In this document: positions 9,892 to 20,872 of the stretch, piece by piece | Layout of the letters: every line of letters starts with the position of its first letter | How positions within the stretch are numbered: position 1 is the stretch's first letter | Assembly (NCBI GenBank): GCA_965212075.1 | Contig: OZ243043.1 | Coordinates: 158,797 to 222,796, forward strand | Reading direction: 5' to 3' | Length of the DNA stretch: 64,000 nt | DNA from: Alphaproteobacteria bacterium | Lineage (GTDB): Bacteria; Pseudomonadota; Alphaproteobacteria; JAPOUT01; G958296285 | The notes under the pieces: model-generated | Databases searched by the model: none | Told to the model about the DNA's origin: nothing | The model's input: only the letters and a program-made list of their open reading frames with translations | Translations under genes and position numbers: made by a program

Positions 9892-9897
9892 CAAAAA

Positions 9898-12639
9898 TCA
9901 AGCGGCGCGGCCATGGCAATGTTTGTATTTTTTCCCTGAACCGCAAGGGCAGGGCGCGTTGCGCGGCGTCTTTTGCTCGCTAAATTGAGGTGTTTGGGGA
10001 GGCATCTGTTGCGGCGCGGCGTTTCTGGCCATTATCGGGAGTGGTGGCGTTTCCCCTTCGGGGTTCGCCCCTTCGAGGTTCTCATGGTGAAGCTCCATTT
10101 CGGGCAGTTCGTCTTCAATAAGCTGCTCCTGCTGTCCCTGTGCCTGCTCATTTTTATCGCTTTCAATGATTTGCAGGGTCATCATTTGCCGCGTGACATC
10201 TTTGCGCAGAGTGGTCAGGAAGGTTTCAAACAATTCAAAGGCTTCGCCTTTATATTCATTGAGGGGGTCGCGCTGTCCGAAGCCGCGCAGGCCGACGACT
10301 TGGCGCAAATGTTCGAGTCTTTGCAGATGTTCGCGCCAGTGGCGGTCGAGCGATCGCACAAGCACGGCTTTTTGCACCTGAACGGCGATTTCCGGCGGAG
10401 CGGCTTGAAATTGCTCGGCGAGGCATTGATCGCAGGCCTGCGTGACGCGCGCGCGCACTTCTTCGGCGGTGATGCCTTCTTCCTGCGCCCAGTCTTTGAT
10501 GGGCAGCTCAAGGCCTAATCCGGTTTTTGCGTCTTCGTCGAATTCGGCGAGTTTCCATTCTTCGGGCCAGGCCTTTTCGGGGATATGGTCGGCGAGCAGA
10601 TCGTCAATGATTTGCTCGCGCATATCGTTGACGATCTCGGCGACATCATCGCTGCGGATAAATTCGAGTCTTTGTTCAAACACGACTTTGCGCTGGTCAT
10701 TCATCACATTGTCAAATTTGAGCAGGTTTTTGCGGATGTCGAAATTGCGGGCTTCGACTTTTTTTTGCGCTTTTTCAAGCGCTTTATTGACCCAGGGGTG
10801 GACGATGGCCTCGCCATCTTTGAGGCCGATTTTTTGCAGCAGGCCGCCCATGCGGTCGGAGCCGAAAATGCGCATCAGGTCGTCATCGAGGCTGAGGAAG
10901 AAGCGCGAGCCGCCCGGGTCGCCCTGGCGGCCTGAGCGTCCGCGCAATTGGTTATCGATGCGGCGGCTTTCGTGGCGTTCGGTGCCGAGCACGAACAGGC
11001 CGCCTCCGGCGATGGCGGTCTCGCGTTTGGCGAGGATGTCGGCCTCAATGTTGGAGCGGGTTTGGTCGGGGGTTTGGGTGAGCGTCATGTCGAGATTGCC
11101 GCCGAGCTGGATGTCGGTGCCGCGTCCGGCCATATTGGTTGCGATGGTGACCGCGCCGGGCGCGCCGGCTTCGGCGATGATTTGGGCTTCCTGTTCGTGG
11201 TAGCGCGCATTGAGCACGTTATGGGGGACTTTGCGCGCTTTGAGCTGTTCGGCGAGCAGCTCCGATTTACTGATCGAGGTTGTGCCGACGAGGATGGGCT
11301 GGCCGCGCTGGTGGCAGTCGGTGATTTTTGCGACGATCGCGTCATATTTTTCTTGCTGGGTGAGATAGACTTCATCATCTTCGTCGGTGCGGCAGACGGG
11401 CAGGTTGGTCGGGACAGCGAGCACATCGAGGCCGTAAATATCGAGGAACTCTTCGCGTTCGGTCATTGCGGTGCCGGTCATGCCTGCGAGCTTGTGATAC
11501 ATGCGGAAATAATTTTGGAACGTGATGGAGGCGAGCGTTTGGTTTTCGGCCTCGATCGGGACGTTTTCTTTAGCCTCGAGCGCTTGGTGGAGGCCGTCAG
11601 AATATCGCCGTCCGGCCATCATGCGGCCTGTGAATTCGTCAATGATGACGACCTTGCCATTGCGGACGATATAATCGCGGTCGCGCTGGAAGAGCTTATG
11701 CGCGCGCAGCGCTTGGTTGATATGATGGACAACGGATACATTTTCGGCCTCATAAAGAGAGTCGCCGACGAGCAGATTTTCGCGCCGCAATAGATTTTCG
11801 ACCTGTTCGTTGCCTTCATCCGACAGGCTCACCGCGCGGGTTTTTTCATCAAGGTCATAAGCGTGCTCATCAAGTTCGGGGATCAGCGCGTTGATCTTGG
11901 TGTAGAGGTCGGACTTATCCTCCACCGGCCCGGAGATGATCAAAGGCGTGCGCGCTTCGTCAATGAGAATCGAATCGACTTCATCGACGATCGCAAAAGC
12001 ATGGCCGCGCTGCACCATATCTTCTATGCGAAACTTCATATTGTCGCGCAGATAATCAAAGCCCAATTCGTTGTTGGTGGCATAAGTGATGTCAGCGGCA
12101 TAGGTTTGCTGGCGCGCTTGGTCATCCATATCGTTGGTGATGCAGCCGACGCTGAGGCCGAGAAATTGATAGATCTGCCCCATCCATTCGCTGTCGCGCT
12201 TGGCGAGGTAGTCATTGACGGTGACGATATGCACGCCCTTTCCGGCGAGCGCATTGAGCACGGCGGGCAGGGTCGCGGCGAGCGTTTTGCCCTCGCCGGT
12301 TTTCATTTCGGCGATGTCTCCTTGGTGGAGGATGATGCCGCCGGTGAGTTGGACATCAAACGGTCTCTGGCGCAAAGTGCGCCATGCGGCCTCGCGGGTG
12401 ATCGCAAAGATTTCGGGCAGCAGCTCGTCGAGCTTGCGGCCTTTGCCGACAGCGTGGCGCGCGGCGGTGATGCGCGCGCGCAGATCGTCATCTGTATCTT
12501 GTTTGATCTCGTCTTCATGGGCGTTGGTCGCCTGCACGAGCGTCTGCAATGAGCGAACTTTGCGCTCATTGCGGCTGCCGAACAGGCCGAAGGTGAATTT
12601 GCTGGCGAATTGCTGAAGACTGGGCATAGAATTTATCAC
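9898..12639 (-). CDS. secA: preprotein translocase ATPase SecA
   Basis: 913 aa with MKTGEGKTL, the DEAD-like [20 protein letters not shown], and a C-terminal zinc finger [14 protein letters not shown]. Confidence 0.95.
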   Translation of the reverse strand: MINSMPSLQQFASKFTFGLFGSRNERKVRSLQTLVQATNAHEDEIKQDTDDDLRARITAARHAVGKGRKLDELLPEIFAITREAAWRTLRQRPFDVQLTGGIILHQGDIAEMKTGEGKTLAATLPAVLNALAGKGVHIVTVNDYLAKRDSEWMGQIYQFLGLSVGCITNDMDDQARQQTYAADITYATNNELGFDYLRDNMKFRIEDMVQRGHAFAIVDEVDSILIDEARTPLIISGPVEDKSDLYTKINALIPELDEHAYDLDEKTRAVSLSDEGNEQVENLLRRENLLVGDSLYEAENVSVVHHINQALRAHKLFQRDRDYIVRNGKVVIIDEFTGRMMAGRRYSDGLHQALEAKENVPIEAENQTLASITFQNYFRMYHKLAGMTGTAMTEREEFLDIYGLDVLAVPTNLPVCRTDEDDEVYLTQQEKYDAIVAKITDCHQRGQPILVGTTSISKSELLAEQLKARKVPHNVLNARYHEQEAQIIAEAGAPGAVTIATNMAGRGTDIQLGGNLDMTLTQTPDQTRSNIEADILAKRETAIAGGGLFVLGTERHESRRIDNQLRGRSGRQGDPGGSRFFLSLDDDLMRIFGSDRMGGLLQKIGLKDGEAIVHPWVNKALEKAQKKVEARNFDIRKNLLKFDNVMNDQRKVVFEQRLEFIRSDDVAEIVNDMREQIIDDLLADHIPEKAWPEEWKLAEFDEDAKTGLGLELPIKDWAQEEGITAEEVRARVTQACDQCLAEQFQAAPPEIAVQVQKAVLVRSLDRHWREHLQRLEHLRQVVGLRGFGQRDPLNEYKGEAFELFETFLTTLRKDVTRQMMTLQIIESDKNEQAQGQQEQLIEDELPEMELHHENLEGANPEGETPPLPIMARNAAPQQMPPQTPQFSEQKTPRNAPCPCGSGKKYKHCHGRAA

Positions 12640-13529
12640 ACTTTTTTATCACGAATTTTGGCGAGCGCATCGGCGATTTTGACTTTGGCGCTGCCCGGTT
12701 TGAGCGGACGCGGCTGGCTTTGATCGGGTGCCCAGCCGAGCAGCCACGCGACTGTGAAGCTCGCTTTGATTCGGCCATCGGAGTCGGAGAATTGCTCGGC
12801 ATAGATTGCTTGGGCGCGCGACAAAGTAGAGCGCGTGAGCCGTGCGGGGTGTGCCAGATTAAGGGCTTGGCTTTCGCCCATATTTTGAATATCGCGCATG
12901 AGAGCGGTGATGTTGTCATAGCGCGCGGTGATGTGGCTGACATCGGCGACTGGCATGGTGAATCCCGCGCGGACGAGCAAATTGCCCAGCGCGCGAATAT
13001 CAGCGAGCGGGATCATGTGAGGCGCGGCACCTTGGCGGGTTTCGCTTTCTGCGGCGAGCAGGCTGGCGCGCAATTCGCGCAAAGTGCCTGCGGCGAACAA
13101 AGCGGCGAGGAAGACGCCATCGGGTTTGAGCGCGCGGCGAATTTGTTGCAAGCAGCCGGGCAGATCATTGACCCAGTGAAGCGATAATATGCTCGTAATG
13201 AGGTCAAGACTATGCGCACGCACCGGCAGCGCATCTTCATCGGCGACAAAAGCGGGCGCGTGCGCAAGGCACGCCATTTCCCAAGCGGGATCGGTTTGCA
13301 GCCAATGTTTGACTTTTGGCGCTGCCGCAAGAGATGCCGCGCCGTGCCAGCCAATGTTGAGTGCCATATCAAAATCGCGCGTGATGAGATTTAATCTTTC
13401 GGCCATCTCTTCGGCGAGATGGTCAAACAGAAATCCGCGCGTTGCGCGGCCTTTTGTGGCAAAATGTCCGGCGCGCGCGCGGCGTTGGCGCAGGAGCTGC
13501 CGGTTGAATATCGGGCTATCATCAGTCAT
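12636..13529 (-). CDS. class I SAM-dependent methyltransferase (BioC/NDUFAF5-like)
   Basis: The protein has a methyltransferase-fold pattern ([33 protein letters not shown]). I moved the start to the internal Met (MTDDSPIF) to avoid overlapping the divergent comF-like gene. The ORF-track start is 13571. Confidence 0.7.
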   Translation of the reverse strand: MTDDSPIFNRQLLRQRRARAGHFATKGRATRGFLFDHLAEEMAERLNLITRDFDMALNIGWHGAASLAAAPKVKHWLQTDPAWEMACLAHAPAFVADEDALPVRAHSLDLITSILSLHWVNDLPGCLQQIRRALKPDGVFLAALFAAGTLRELRASLLAAESETRQGAAPHMIPLADIRALGNLLVRAGFTMPVADVSHITARYDNITALMRDIQNMGESQALNLAHPARLTRSTLSRAQAIYAEQFSDSDGRIKASFTVAWLLGWAPDQSQPRPLKPGSAKVKIADALAKIRDKKV

Positions 13530-13555
13530 CGCGAAATCATAAACGGACATCATAA

Positions 13556-14326
13556 ATGGATATAGGAACAAATTTGAGAATACCTATCATAACAGCGATG
13601 AAAAGCCTGCGCGATCTTGTTTTGCCGCCCAGCTGTTTGTTATGTGCGGCGCGGGTGGGGTCTCATTTTTGTCTATGTCCGCGCTGCTGGCGCGCGGCGG
13701 ATTTCATCACCAAGCCGCGCTGTGAGATAACGGGCGTGCCTTTTGCGCATGAGTGGCCGGAGGGGACTCAAAGCCGTTTGAGTCAGATGTTTCCTCCGCT
13801 TTATGATCACGCGCGCGCCGCTTTGCGCTATGAAGCGCAGACGGGGCGTCCGCTCGTGCTGCGGATGAAATATGCCGATCGGCCTGAAATGGCTCTGCGC
13901 ATGGCGGCGTGGATGGCGCGTGCTGCCGCCGATCTTTTGCCGCAGACAGATATGATCGCGCCGGTGCCGCTTCATTGGCAGCGTTTATTGTCGCGGCGGT
14001 TCAATCAGGCGGCTGAGCTGGCGCGCGCTTTGGCGCGGGACAGCTCTATAGATTTTTATCCAGATTTGCTGCTGCGCGTGCGTCCAACGCGCTCGCAGAT
14101 CGGATTAACGCGCGCGGCACGGCGGCGCAATGTACGTGGTGCGTTTCAGATTAATCCGACATGGCGCAAGAAGCTTCAAGGCAAGTCAGTGCTGCTGGTG
14201 GATGATGTGATGACTTCGGGTGCGACTTTGGCAAGCTGCGCGAAGACTCTGCGCCGCGCGGGCGCTGGGCAGATCAATGTGGCGACTCTGGCGCGGGTGA
14301 TTCATGCGGAGGAGACGATCGTCTAG
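13556..14326 (+). CDS. ComF family protein (zinc ribbon plus phosphoribosyltransferase domain)
   Basis: An N-terminal Cys cluster (CLLC...CLCPRCW) is followed by the PRTase motif VLLVDDVMTSGATL. Confidence 0.75.
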   Translation: MDIGTNLRIPIITAMKSLRDLVLPPSCLLCAARVGSHFCLCPRCWRAADFITKPRCEITGVPFAHEWPEGTQSRLSQMFPPLYDHARAALRYEAQTGRPLVLRMKYADRPEMALRMAAWMARAAADLLPQTDMIAPVPLHWQRLLSRRFNQAAELARALARDSSIDFYPDLLLRVRPTRSQIGLTRAARRRNVRGAFQINPTWRKKLQGKSVLLVDDVMTSGATLASCAKTLRRAGAGQINVATLARVIHAEETIV

Positions 14327-15029
14327 CTCGGCGCTTGACAGCGCACATCATATAATTGACGCGCATATTTTTTGAAAGATCAAAGCGCTGCATCAGCGGA
14401 TTGTAAAAGACTCCCGTTTGATGAGCGAGTCTCAAGTCGTTATTTTTCAGCGCGCGCTGCAGCTCATCGGGGGTGACGAATTTTTGATAATCATGCGTGC
14501 CGATCGGCAGCCAGCGCAAAATATATTCTCCGCCAATGATCGCAAACAAAAACGCTTCGGGCGTACGATTGATGGTGGATAGAATCATCATGCCGTCGGG
14601 TTTGAGGCAGGCCGCGCAGGAAGAAATAAAATTTTCAACATCATCCACATGCTCCACCACTTCCATATTCAAGATGAGATCAAAACTTTCATCGTGAATC
14701 TGATCAATCGTGCCGACGCGGTAGTCAATTTCAAGTTCTTGCGTCTGTGCGTGATGGCGCGCAACATTGATCGTCGCCTCGCTGGCATCGAGCGCGACAA
14801 CATGAGCGCCCAGCCGCGCCATAGGCTCGCTGAGCAATCCGCCGCCGCAGCCGACATCAAGCACGCGCAAGCCGTCAAAAGATTTTTTGGGGGTTTCTAC
14901 CGCGTTCGCGCGAATGTAGCGAAGCCTGACAGGGTTGAGCCGATGCAGAGGTGCAAACGGGCCGTCATGATCCCACCATTGTTCGGCCTGCGCTGAAAAG
15001 CGGGCGATTTCGTCTTGATTGGCGTTCAT
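14274..15029 (-). CDS. ubiG: bifunctional 3-demethylubiquinol 3-O-methyltransferase
   Basis: 251 aa with EIARFSAQAEQWWDHDGPFAPLHRLNPVRL, the SAM motif VLDVGCGGGLLSEP, and a UbiG-typical C-terminus. Confidence 0.85.
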   Translation of the reverse strand: MNANQDEIARFSAQAEQWWDHDGPFAPLHRLNPVRLRYIRANAVETPKKSFDGLRVLDVGCGGGLLSEPMARLGAHVVALDASEATINVARHHAQTQELEIDYRVGTIDQIHDESFDLILNMEVVEHVDDVENFISSCAACLKPDGMMILSTINRTPEAFLFAIIGGEYILRWLPIGTHDYQKFVTPDELQRALKNNDLRLAHQTGVFYNPLMQRFDLSKNMRVNYMMCAVKRRARRSSPPHESPAPESPH

Positions 15030-15106
15030 TTTTGCTTCAGCTTGCTCCGGCCTCTGCTTGTCTTTATGAATAGGTGGAATTCTAGCACGTTTTTGAAGGA
15101 GCTTTT

Positions 15107-16384
15107 ATGCCCCGCTTTAATAGATGCCTTGTGATGAAATTTGGCGGCACCTCTTTGGCTGATATGGATTGTGTGCGGCGCGCAGCGTCGCATGTGCTCG
15201 CGCGCGTCGCGGAGGGCTATGAGGTTGCGGTGGTTGTCTCGGCGATGGGGCGCGAGACCGATCGGCTAGTGACGTTGTCGCAGCAGGCGCAGGGCGATCC
15301 GGATGCCGAACATGATCTGATCGTCTCGGCGGGCGAGCAGGTCAGCGCGGGCCTGCTGGCGCGGACATTGCGGGCGCAAAATTGCGCGGCGCGCTCTTTT
15401 TTGGGCTGGCAGATTCCGATTCACACCGATGGCTGTCACGGCGCAGCCCGGATGACGCGCATTGAAACTGAGCGGATTGAGCAAAATTTGGCGGCGAAGC
15501 AGGTTGCGATCATTGCGGGATTTCAGGGGATCGGCCCTGATGGCCGGATCACGGTGCTGGGGCGCGGCGGCTCGGATACGAGCGCGGTGGGGCTGGCCGC
15601 CGCACTTGGCGCGCTGCGCTGTGAGATTTATACTGATGTGGAAGGCGTTTATACGTCGGATCCGCATATTGTGGCGCGCGCGCGGCGGCTGGATCGGGTG
15701 GTTTATGAAGAGATGCTAGAGATGGCGTCTCAGGGCGCGCGGGTTTTGCAGACGCGCGCGGTGGAGCTGGCGATGGCGCGGGCGGTTTTGCTGAAGGTTT
15801 TGCCGGCGCATGCGACTCCCGCCCAGATTGCCGCCGGAGACGCGCGCGGCACCGAGATCGGCGCTGATGTGGAAGATCAACAACAAGGAGCAATGAAAGA
15901 GCATATGGAGCAGCAAACGATTAGCGGCGTGACCTATGTCAGCGATGAAGCCAAAATCACGCTGACAGATTTGGCTGACAGGCCGGGCATTGCCGCGAGC
16001 ATTTTTTCACTTTTGGCGCAAGCGGGGATATTGGTGGATATGATTATCCAGACCTCTGCGGGCGATAGAGGGAAAACCGACATCACCTTCACTGTGGCAC
16101 AGAGCGATCTGGCGCGCGCACTGAAATTACTGCAAGCCGCGCAAAGCGAGATCGGCTACCAGAGCATGGATAGCGATGATGAGGTTGCCAAAGTTTCGGT
16201 GATTGGCATTGGCATGCGCTCGCATGTTGGCATCGCCGAGACGATGTTTCGCACGCTAGCACAGGCAGGTATCAACGTTCAAGCGATCTCAACCTCGGAG
16301 ATCAAAATTTCAGTTCTGGTTGCGCGCAGCGAAATGAAAGAGGCGGTGCGGCATCTTCACACGGCTTACGGGCTGGATGGTTGA
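15107..16384 (+). CDS. lysC: aspartate kinase
   Basis: 425 aa with VMKFGGTSLAD and GRGGSDTSAV, plus C-terminal ACT repeats (AKVSVIGIGMRSHVGIAETMF). Confidence 0.9.
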   Translation: MPRFNRCLVMKFGGTSLADMDCVRRAASHVLARVAEGYEVAVVVSAMGRETDRLVTLSQQAQGDPDAEHDLIVSAGEQVSAGLLARTLRAQNCAARSFLGWQIPIHTDGCHGAARMTRIETERIEQNLAAKQVAIIAGFQGIGPDGRITVLGRGGSDTSAVGLAAALGALRCEIYTDVEGVYTSDPHIVARARRLDRVVYEEMLEMASQGARVLQTRAVELAMARAVLLKVLPAHATPAQIAAGDARGTEIGADVEDQQQGAMKEHMEQQTISGVTYVSDEAKITLTDLADRPGIAASIFSLLAQAGILVDMIIQTSAGDRGKTDITFTVAQSDLARALKLLQAAQSEIGYQSMDSDDEVAKVSVIGIGMRSHVGIAETMFRTLAQAGINVQAISTSEIKISVLVARSEMKEAVRHLHTAYGLDG

Positions 16385-18659
16385 TCCCAGCATATCTGTA
16401 AGTCCGGTGGCGGGCAGCGGCGCGCTGCTCAGGCGTCTGCGCGAAATGATGGCGCAGCCTCTGCCGACGCAGCAGCGGCTTGATCGGATCGTATCTCTGA
16501 TCGCCACCCATATGCGCACGGAGACTTGCTCAATTTATTTGCGCGACCATTCTAGGCGCTTTGAGCTTTGCGCCAGCCATGGTCTGAACGAGGAGGCGAT
16601 TCATAAGACAATTTTGGCACCGCGCGAAGGGCTGATCGGCAACATCGCCGCGCATGCGCGGCCATTAAATTTGACCGAGGCGCAGGCGCATCCGGCCTAT
16701 GCCTATCGCAAGGAAACGGGCGAAGAGGTTTATCATTCTTTTTTGGGCGTGCCGATTTTGCGCAACGGCCATGTGATCGGCGTGCTGACGGCGCGCAACC
16801 GCGCGGCGCGGCATTATACTGAAGATGATGTTGACATTTTATTGACGGTGGCGATGCTGCTCGCCGAGCTGCAGATTGATGAAGTTTTGTCATCCGGCAG
16901 CCTGTCGCCGACGAGTCGGCTGCCGACGCGATTGCACGGCGCGGGCTGGGCGCCGGGCATTGCTTTAGGCCATGTCGTTTTGCATGAGCTGCATATTCAT
17001 ATTAACGAGCTGATTGCCGATGATCCTGTGCGGGAACACCAAAGACTGAACGACGCGGTTTATGATCTGCGCGAGGAAATTGACAATATGCTCAACATGC
17101 CGATTTTCCGCAATATGGGGGCGCATCGGGACATTTTTGAGGCTTACCGCATGTTTGCCAATGATCAAATTTGGTTCCAGCGCATCCATGAGGCGATTGA
17201 CACCGGTCTGACGGCGGAAGCGGCGATTGGCCGCGAGCGCGATGAGATGCGCGCGCGTTTTTTGCACCAGAGCAATCCCTATTTGCGCGCGCGCCTGCAT
17301 GATTTGGAGGAGCTGGCCAACCGGCTTTTGCGGCATTTGTCGGGGGCGCAAAGCATGGCAGCGGAAGATTTGCCAGACGATGCGATTATATTTGCGCGCA
17401 ATATAAGTCCAGCGGAATTGCTTGACTATCCGCGCGAGAAATTGCGCGGCGTTGTGATGGAGGAGGGCGCTGCGCATGCGCATATCACGATCGTCGCGCG
17501 TGCTTTGGAACTGGCACTTGTTGGCCGCCTGCCCGACATGCTGAGTCAGGCCAAAGCGGGTGCGAGTGTTATTGTCAATGGCGATGATGGCGAGGTCTAT
17601 TTATCACCTGATGAATCGGTGATTGAGGCCTATAAGGAAAAAGTGCGTTTTCGCGCGCAGCGGCAGGCCTATTATCGCGAGCGCGTTGCTGATCCGGCCA
17701 TAACGCAAGACGGCGTTGAGATTCAGCTTTTAATGAATGCTGGCCTGCTCGTTGACCTGCCTCATCTTGAGGAATCGGGTGCGGCGGGGATTGGATTATT
17801 TCGCACCGAGCTGCAATTTATGGTCGTCTCAACGATGCCGCGGCTTGATGAGCAGGTCAAAGTCTACCGCCAAGTGCTTGAGGCGGCGAAGGGGGTTGCG
17901 ACGTTCCGCACTTTGGATATTGGCGGCGATAAGATTCTGCCTTATATGGATCGCGCTGTGCACGATATGGAGGAGAATCCGTCTTTGGGCTGGCGCGCCA
18001 TTCGGATCGCTTTGGATCGTCCGGCATTGCTGCGCTATCAATTGCGCGCTTTGCTCGCCGCCGCGCGCGGCTATGACCTCAATGTCTTATTTCCGATGAT
18101 CAGCGAAGCGGCAGAATTTACCGCAGCGCGCCACTGGCTTGATCGCGAAATCAGCCGTGCGCGCAAGCTCAAACAAGAGCTGCCAAATCAGATTCAAGCG
18201 GGCGCGATGCTTGAAGTGCCTGCGCTGATTTGGCAATTAGATCGCCTGCTGCCTTTGGTGGATTTTTTATCCATCGGCAGCAATGATCTGCTGCAATTTC
18301 TGTTTGCGTCGGATCGCAGCAATACGCGGCTTTCAGGGCGATATGACGAAATGAGCCTGCCGGTGCTGCGCGCGCTGCGCGACATTCAGTGCGCGGCAGT
18401 GAAATATGATGTTCCGGTGACGTTATGCGGCGAGCTGGCCTCAACGCCATTGACGGCGCTCGCGACGATCGGGTTGGGTTTGACACGCATCGCGATGGCG
18501 CCGACATCAATCGGTCCGGTGAAGCAGGCCATTCGCGCGGTCAATTACCGGCAATTGAGCGCAAAGATGGCCGAAATTTGTGATATAACGGAAGATGACC
18601 TCACGCCGCGCGCGCGGCTGGCGGCCTTTGCCAAAATGAACGACATTCCGGTTGATTAG
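16377..18659 (+). CDS. ptsP: phosphoenolpyruvate-protein phosphotransferase EI-Ntr (GAF plus PEP-utilising domains)
   Basis: 760 aa with an N-terminal GAF-like region and the phosphohistidine region EEGAAHAHITIVARA. The C-terminal PEP-binding region contains IGLFRTELQF and LSIGSNDLLQF. It overlaps the lysC stop by 8 nt. Confidence 0.85.
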   Translation: MVDPSISVSPVAGSGALLRRLREMMAQPLPTQQRLDRIVSLIATHMRTETCSIYLRDHSRRFELCASHGLNEEAIHKTILAPREGLIGNIAAHARPLNLTEAQAHPAYAYRKETGEEVYHSFLGVPILRNGHVIGVLTARNRAARHYTEDDVDILLTVAMLLAELQIDEVLSSGSLSPTSRLPTRLHGAGWAPGIALGHVVLHELHIHINELIADDPVREHQRLNDAVYDLREEIDNMLNMPIFRNMGAHRDIFEAYRMFANDQIWFQRIHEAIDTGLTAEAAIGRERDEMRARFLHQSNPYLRARLHDLEELANRLLRHLSGAQSMAAEDLPDDAIIFARNISPAELLDYPREKLRGVVMEEGAAHAHITIVARALELALVGRLPDMLSQAKAGASVIVNGDDGEVYLSPDESVIEAYKEKVRFRAQRQAYYRERVADPAITQDGVEIQLLMNAGLLVDLPHLEESGAAGIGLFRTELQFMVVSTMPRLDEQVKVYRQVLEAAKGVATFRTLDIGGDKILPYMDRAVHDMEENPSLGWRAIRIALDRPALLRYQLRALLAAARGYDLNVLFPMISEAAEFTAARHWLDREISRARKLKQELPNQIQAGAMLEVPALIWQLDRLLPLVDFLSIGSNDLLQFLFASDRSNTRLSGRYDEMSLPVLRALRDIQCAAVKYDVPVTLCGELASTPLTALATIGLGLTRIAMAPTSIGPVKQAIRAVNYRQLSAKMAEICDITEDDLTPRARLAAFAKMNDIPVD

Positions 18660-19787
18660 ATGACGAAAGATCTTTCTCAAATACGACCTTGGCGCTTTGT
18701 AGCGCGCCGTGCCAGCCGCGCGATTTCTGTGGGCGAAGTGAAAGTCGGCGGCGGCGCGCCGATCAGCGTTCAGTCTATGACGAATACGCCGAGCGAAGAT
18801 GTCGGCGCGACTTTGGCGCAGATTAGCCAGCTTGAAGAGGCGGGCGCGGATATGGTGCGCGTCTCCTGCCCGACGGAGGAGTCCACGCGCGCTCTGCGCG
18901 AGATCGTGCGCGCGGCCAAAGTGCCGATCATTGCGGACATACATTTTCATTATATGCGCGCGATTGAAGCGGCCAAAGCGGGCGCGGCCTGTCTGCGGAT
19001 CAATCCCGGCAATATCGGCGACGCGGCCAAGACTCGCGATGTGATTAAAGCGGCGAAAGATTATGGCTGCTCCATACGCATTGGGGTCAATGGCGGCTCG
19101 CTGGAGCGGCGGCTGCTGGAAAAATATAAGGAGCCCTGCCCCGATGCGATGGTGGAAAGCGCGCTCAGCCATATGCGCATTTTGCAGGATTTGGATTTTC
19201 ACGCGTTTAAGGTCAGCGTCAAGGCGTCGGATGTTTTTTTGGCGATGGCGGCCTATCGCGCGCTGGCGGTGCAGACGGACTGCCCGCTCCATTTGGGGAT
19301 CACCGAAGCGGGGGGCTTGCGCGCGGGCACGATCAAGTCAGCGATCGGGCTGGGCATTTTGCTGGCCGAAGGCATTGGCGATACTTTGCGGGTTTCGCTT
19401 GCGGCGGATCCGGTGGAGGAGGTCATTGCCGGTTTTGAGATTTTGAAATCTTTGGGCTTGAGGCATCGCGGCGTCAGCGTGATCGCCTGTCCGTCTTGCG
19501 CGCGGCAGGGCTTTGATGTGATCGCCACGACACGCTTGTTGGAAGAGAGGCTTGCGCATATATCTGCGCCGATCACGGTGTCGCTGATCGGCTGCGTGGT
19601 CAATGGTCCGGGCGAGGCGGCGCTCAGCGATGTTGGCTTTACCGGCGGCGGCGCGGGGCATGGTATGGTCTATGTCGCCGGAGAGATGCTGGAAAAAATA
19701 CAGCATGAAGACATATTGGATCGCATCGTGGCTTTGGTGGAGGCGCAGGCCGAAACATTTGCCGAAACGCCTGTCATGTCTGAATGA
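18660..19787 (+). CDS. ispG: 4-hydroxy-3-methylbut-2-en-1-yl diphosphate synthase
   Basis: 375 aa with [23 protein letters not shown], and the Fe-S cysteines CPSCARQ...[11 protein letters not shown]. Its ATG directly follows the ptsP TAG. Confidence 0.9.
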   Translation: MTKDLSQIRPWRFVARRASRAISVGEVKVGGGAPISVQSMTNTPSEDVGATLAQISQLEEAGADMVRVSCPTEESTRALREIVRAAKVPIIADIHFHYMRAIEAAKAGAACLRINPGNIGDAAKTRDVIKAAKDYGCSIRIGVNGGSLERRLLEKYKEPCPDAMVESALSHMRILQDLDFHAFKVSVKASDVFLAMAAYRALAVQTDCPLHLGITEAGGLRAGTIKSAIGLGILLAEGIGDTLRVSLAADPVEEVIAGFEILKSLGLRHRGVSVIACPSCARQGFDVIATTRLLEERLAHISAPITVSLIGCVVNGPGEAALSDVGFTGGGAGHGMVYVAGEMLEKIQHEDILDRIVALVEAQAETFAETPVMSE

Positions 19788-20872
19788 TTACCCCCGACCA
19801 GTTGGAAGCGATCATTGCGCGGATGGATCGTCTGGAAGCGCAGATGCGCGCGGCGGATCCGTCGGGTGAGGATTATGCGGCTCTGGGGCGTGATTATGCG
19901 ACGTTGAGGCCGCTCGCCAATATTGCGCGAGATTTGTGCGCGGCCTATCGGGAGCTTGAGAGCCTTGAAGAGCTGTGCGCTAGTCAGGACAAAGACCTCG
20001 CCGCTTTGGCGCAGGAGGACATCAAAAAAACCGCGCATCTGATCAAAGAAAAAGAGATGGCTTTTGTGGCTTTGGTCAGCCGTCAGGAGGAAGGGCAAGA
20101 GGGCGACCGGCTGATCCTTGAAGTGCGCGCGGGAACGGGTGGCAGCGAAGCGGCATTATTTGCAGGAGATTTATTGCGCATGTATCAGCGTTATGTTGAG
20201 GCGCAAAATTGGACATGGGAGCCGTTATCACAAACAATGTCGGATATTGGCGGCATCAAAGAGGCGGTTATTTCTGTTGCGGGCGCGGGCGCGGTTTCGC
20301 GGCTGCGCTTTGAGTCGGGGGTTCATCGGGTTCAGCGGATTCCGGCGACCGAGTCGGGCGGACGGATTCACACATCGGCGGCGACCGTGGCGATTTTGCC
20401 CGAGCCGGAAGAAAGCGCTATTGAGATCAATCCAGCGGATTTGCGCATTGATGTGTTTCGCGCGCGCGGGCCTGGCGGGCAGTCGGTCAACACGACCGAC
20501 AGCGCGGTGCGAATCACGCACCTGCCGAGTGGCCTTGTGGTCAGCCAGCAAGATGAGAAATCCCAGCATAAGAATCGCGCGCGCGCGCTCAAAGTGCTGC
20601 GCGCGCGGCTTTATGAGCTGGAGCAGACGAAGCGCGAGGCCGAACGCGCCTCGGCGCGCAAAGGGCAGGTTGGCTCTGGAGATCGCTCAGAGCGGATTCG
20701 CACATATAATTTTCCGCAGAGCCGCGTGACGGATCACCGCATCGGTCTGACAGTTCATGCGCTTGAAAAAATTTTGGAAGGATCAGCGCTTGACTTGCTC
20801 GTTGATCCTTTGCTTGCGCACCAGCGGCAGAAAAAACTGGGGCAGCTGGCTGAGGAAGGAGCATCGGAATGA
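19784..20872 (+). CDS. prfA: peptide chain release factor 1
   Basis: 362 aa with the RF1 tripeptide region ([12 protein letters not shown]) and the GGQ motif ([21 protein letters not shown]). It has an ATGA overlap with ispG. Confidence 0.95.
   Translation: MITPDQLEAIIARMDRLEAQMRAADPSGEDYAALGRDYATLRPLANIARDLCAAYRELESLEELCASQDKDLAALAQEDIKKTAHLIKEKEMAFVALVSRQEEGQEGDRLILEVRAGTGGSEAALFAGDLLRMYQRYVEAQNWTWEPLSQTMSDIGGIKEAVISVAGAGAVSRLRFESGVHRVQRIPATESGGRIHTSAATVAILPEPEESAIEINPADLRIDVFRARGPGGQSVNTTDSAVRITHLPSGLVVSQQDEKSQHKNRARALKVLRARLYELEQTKREAERASARKGQVGSGDRSERIRTYNFPQSRVTDHRIGLTVHALEKILEGSALDLLVDPLLAHQRQKKLGQLAEEGASE

Noticed and set aside
10442-11793. Long antisense ORFs within secA (253 and 281 aa), and similar ones opposite the amidase (50349-51374), the ACADs (47358-48071), tkt (62066-62758) and ptsP
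   Set aside because: They lie opposite strongly supported genes and their translations are low-complexity and Arg/Ala/Gly-rich, with no motifs. These are typical shadow ORFs in GC-biased coding DNA.
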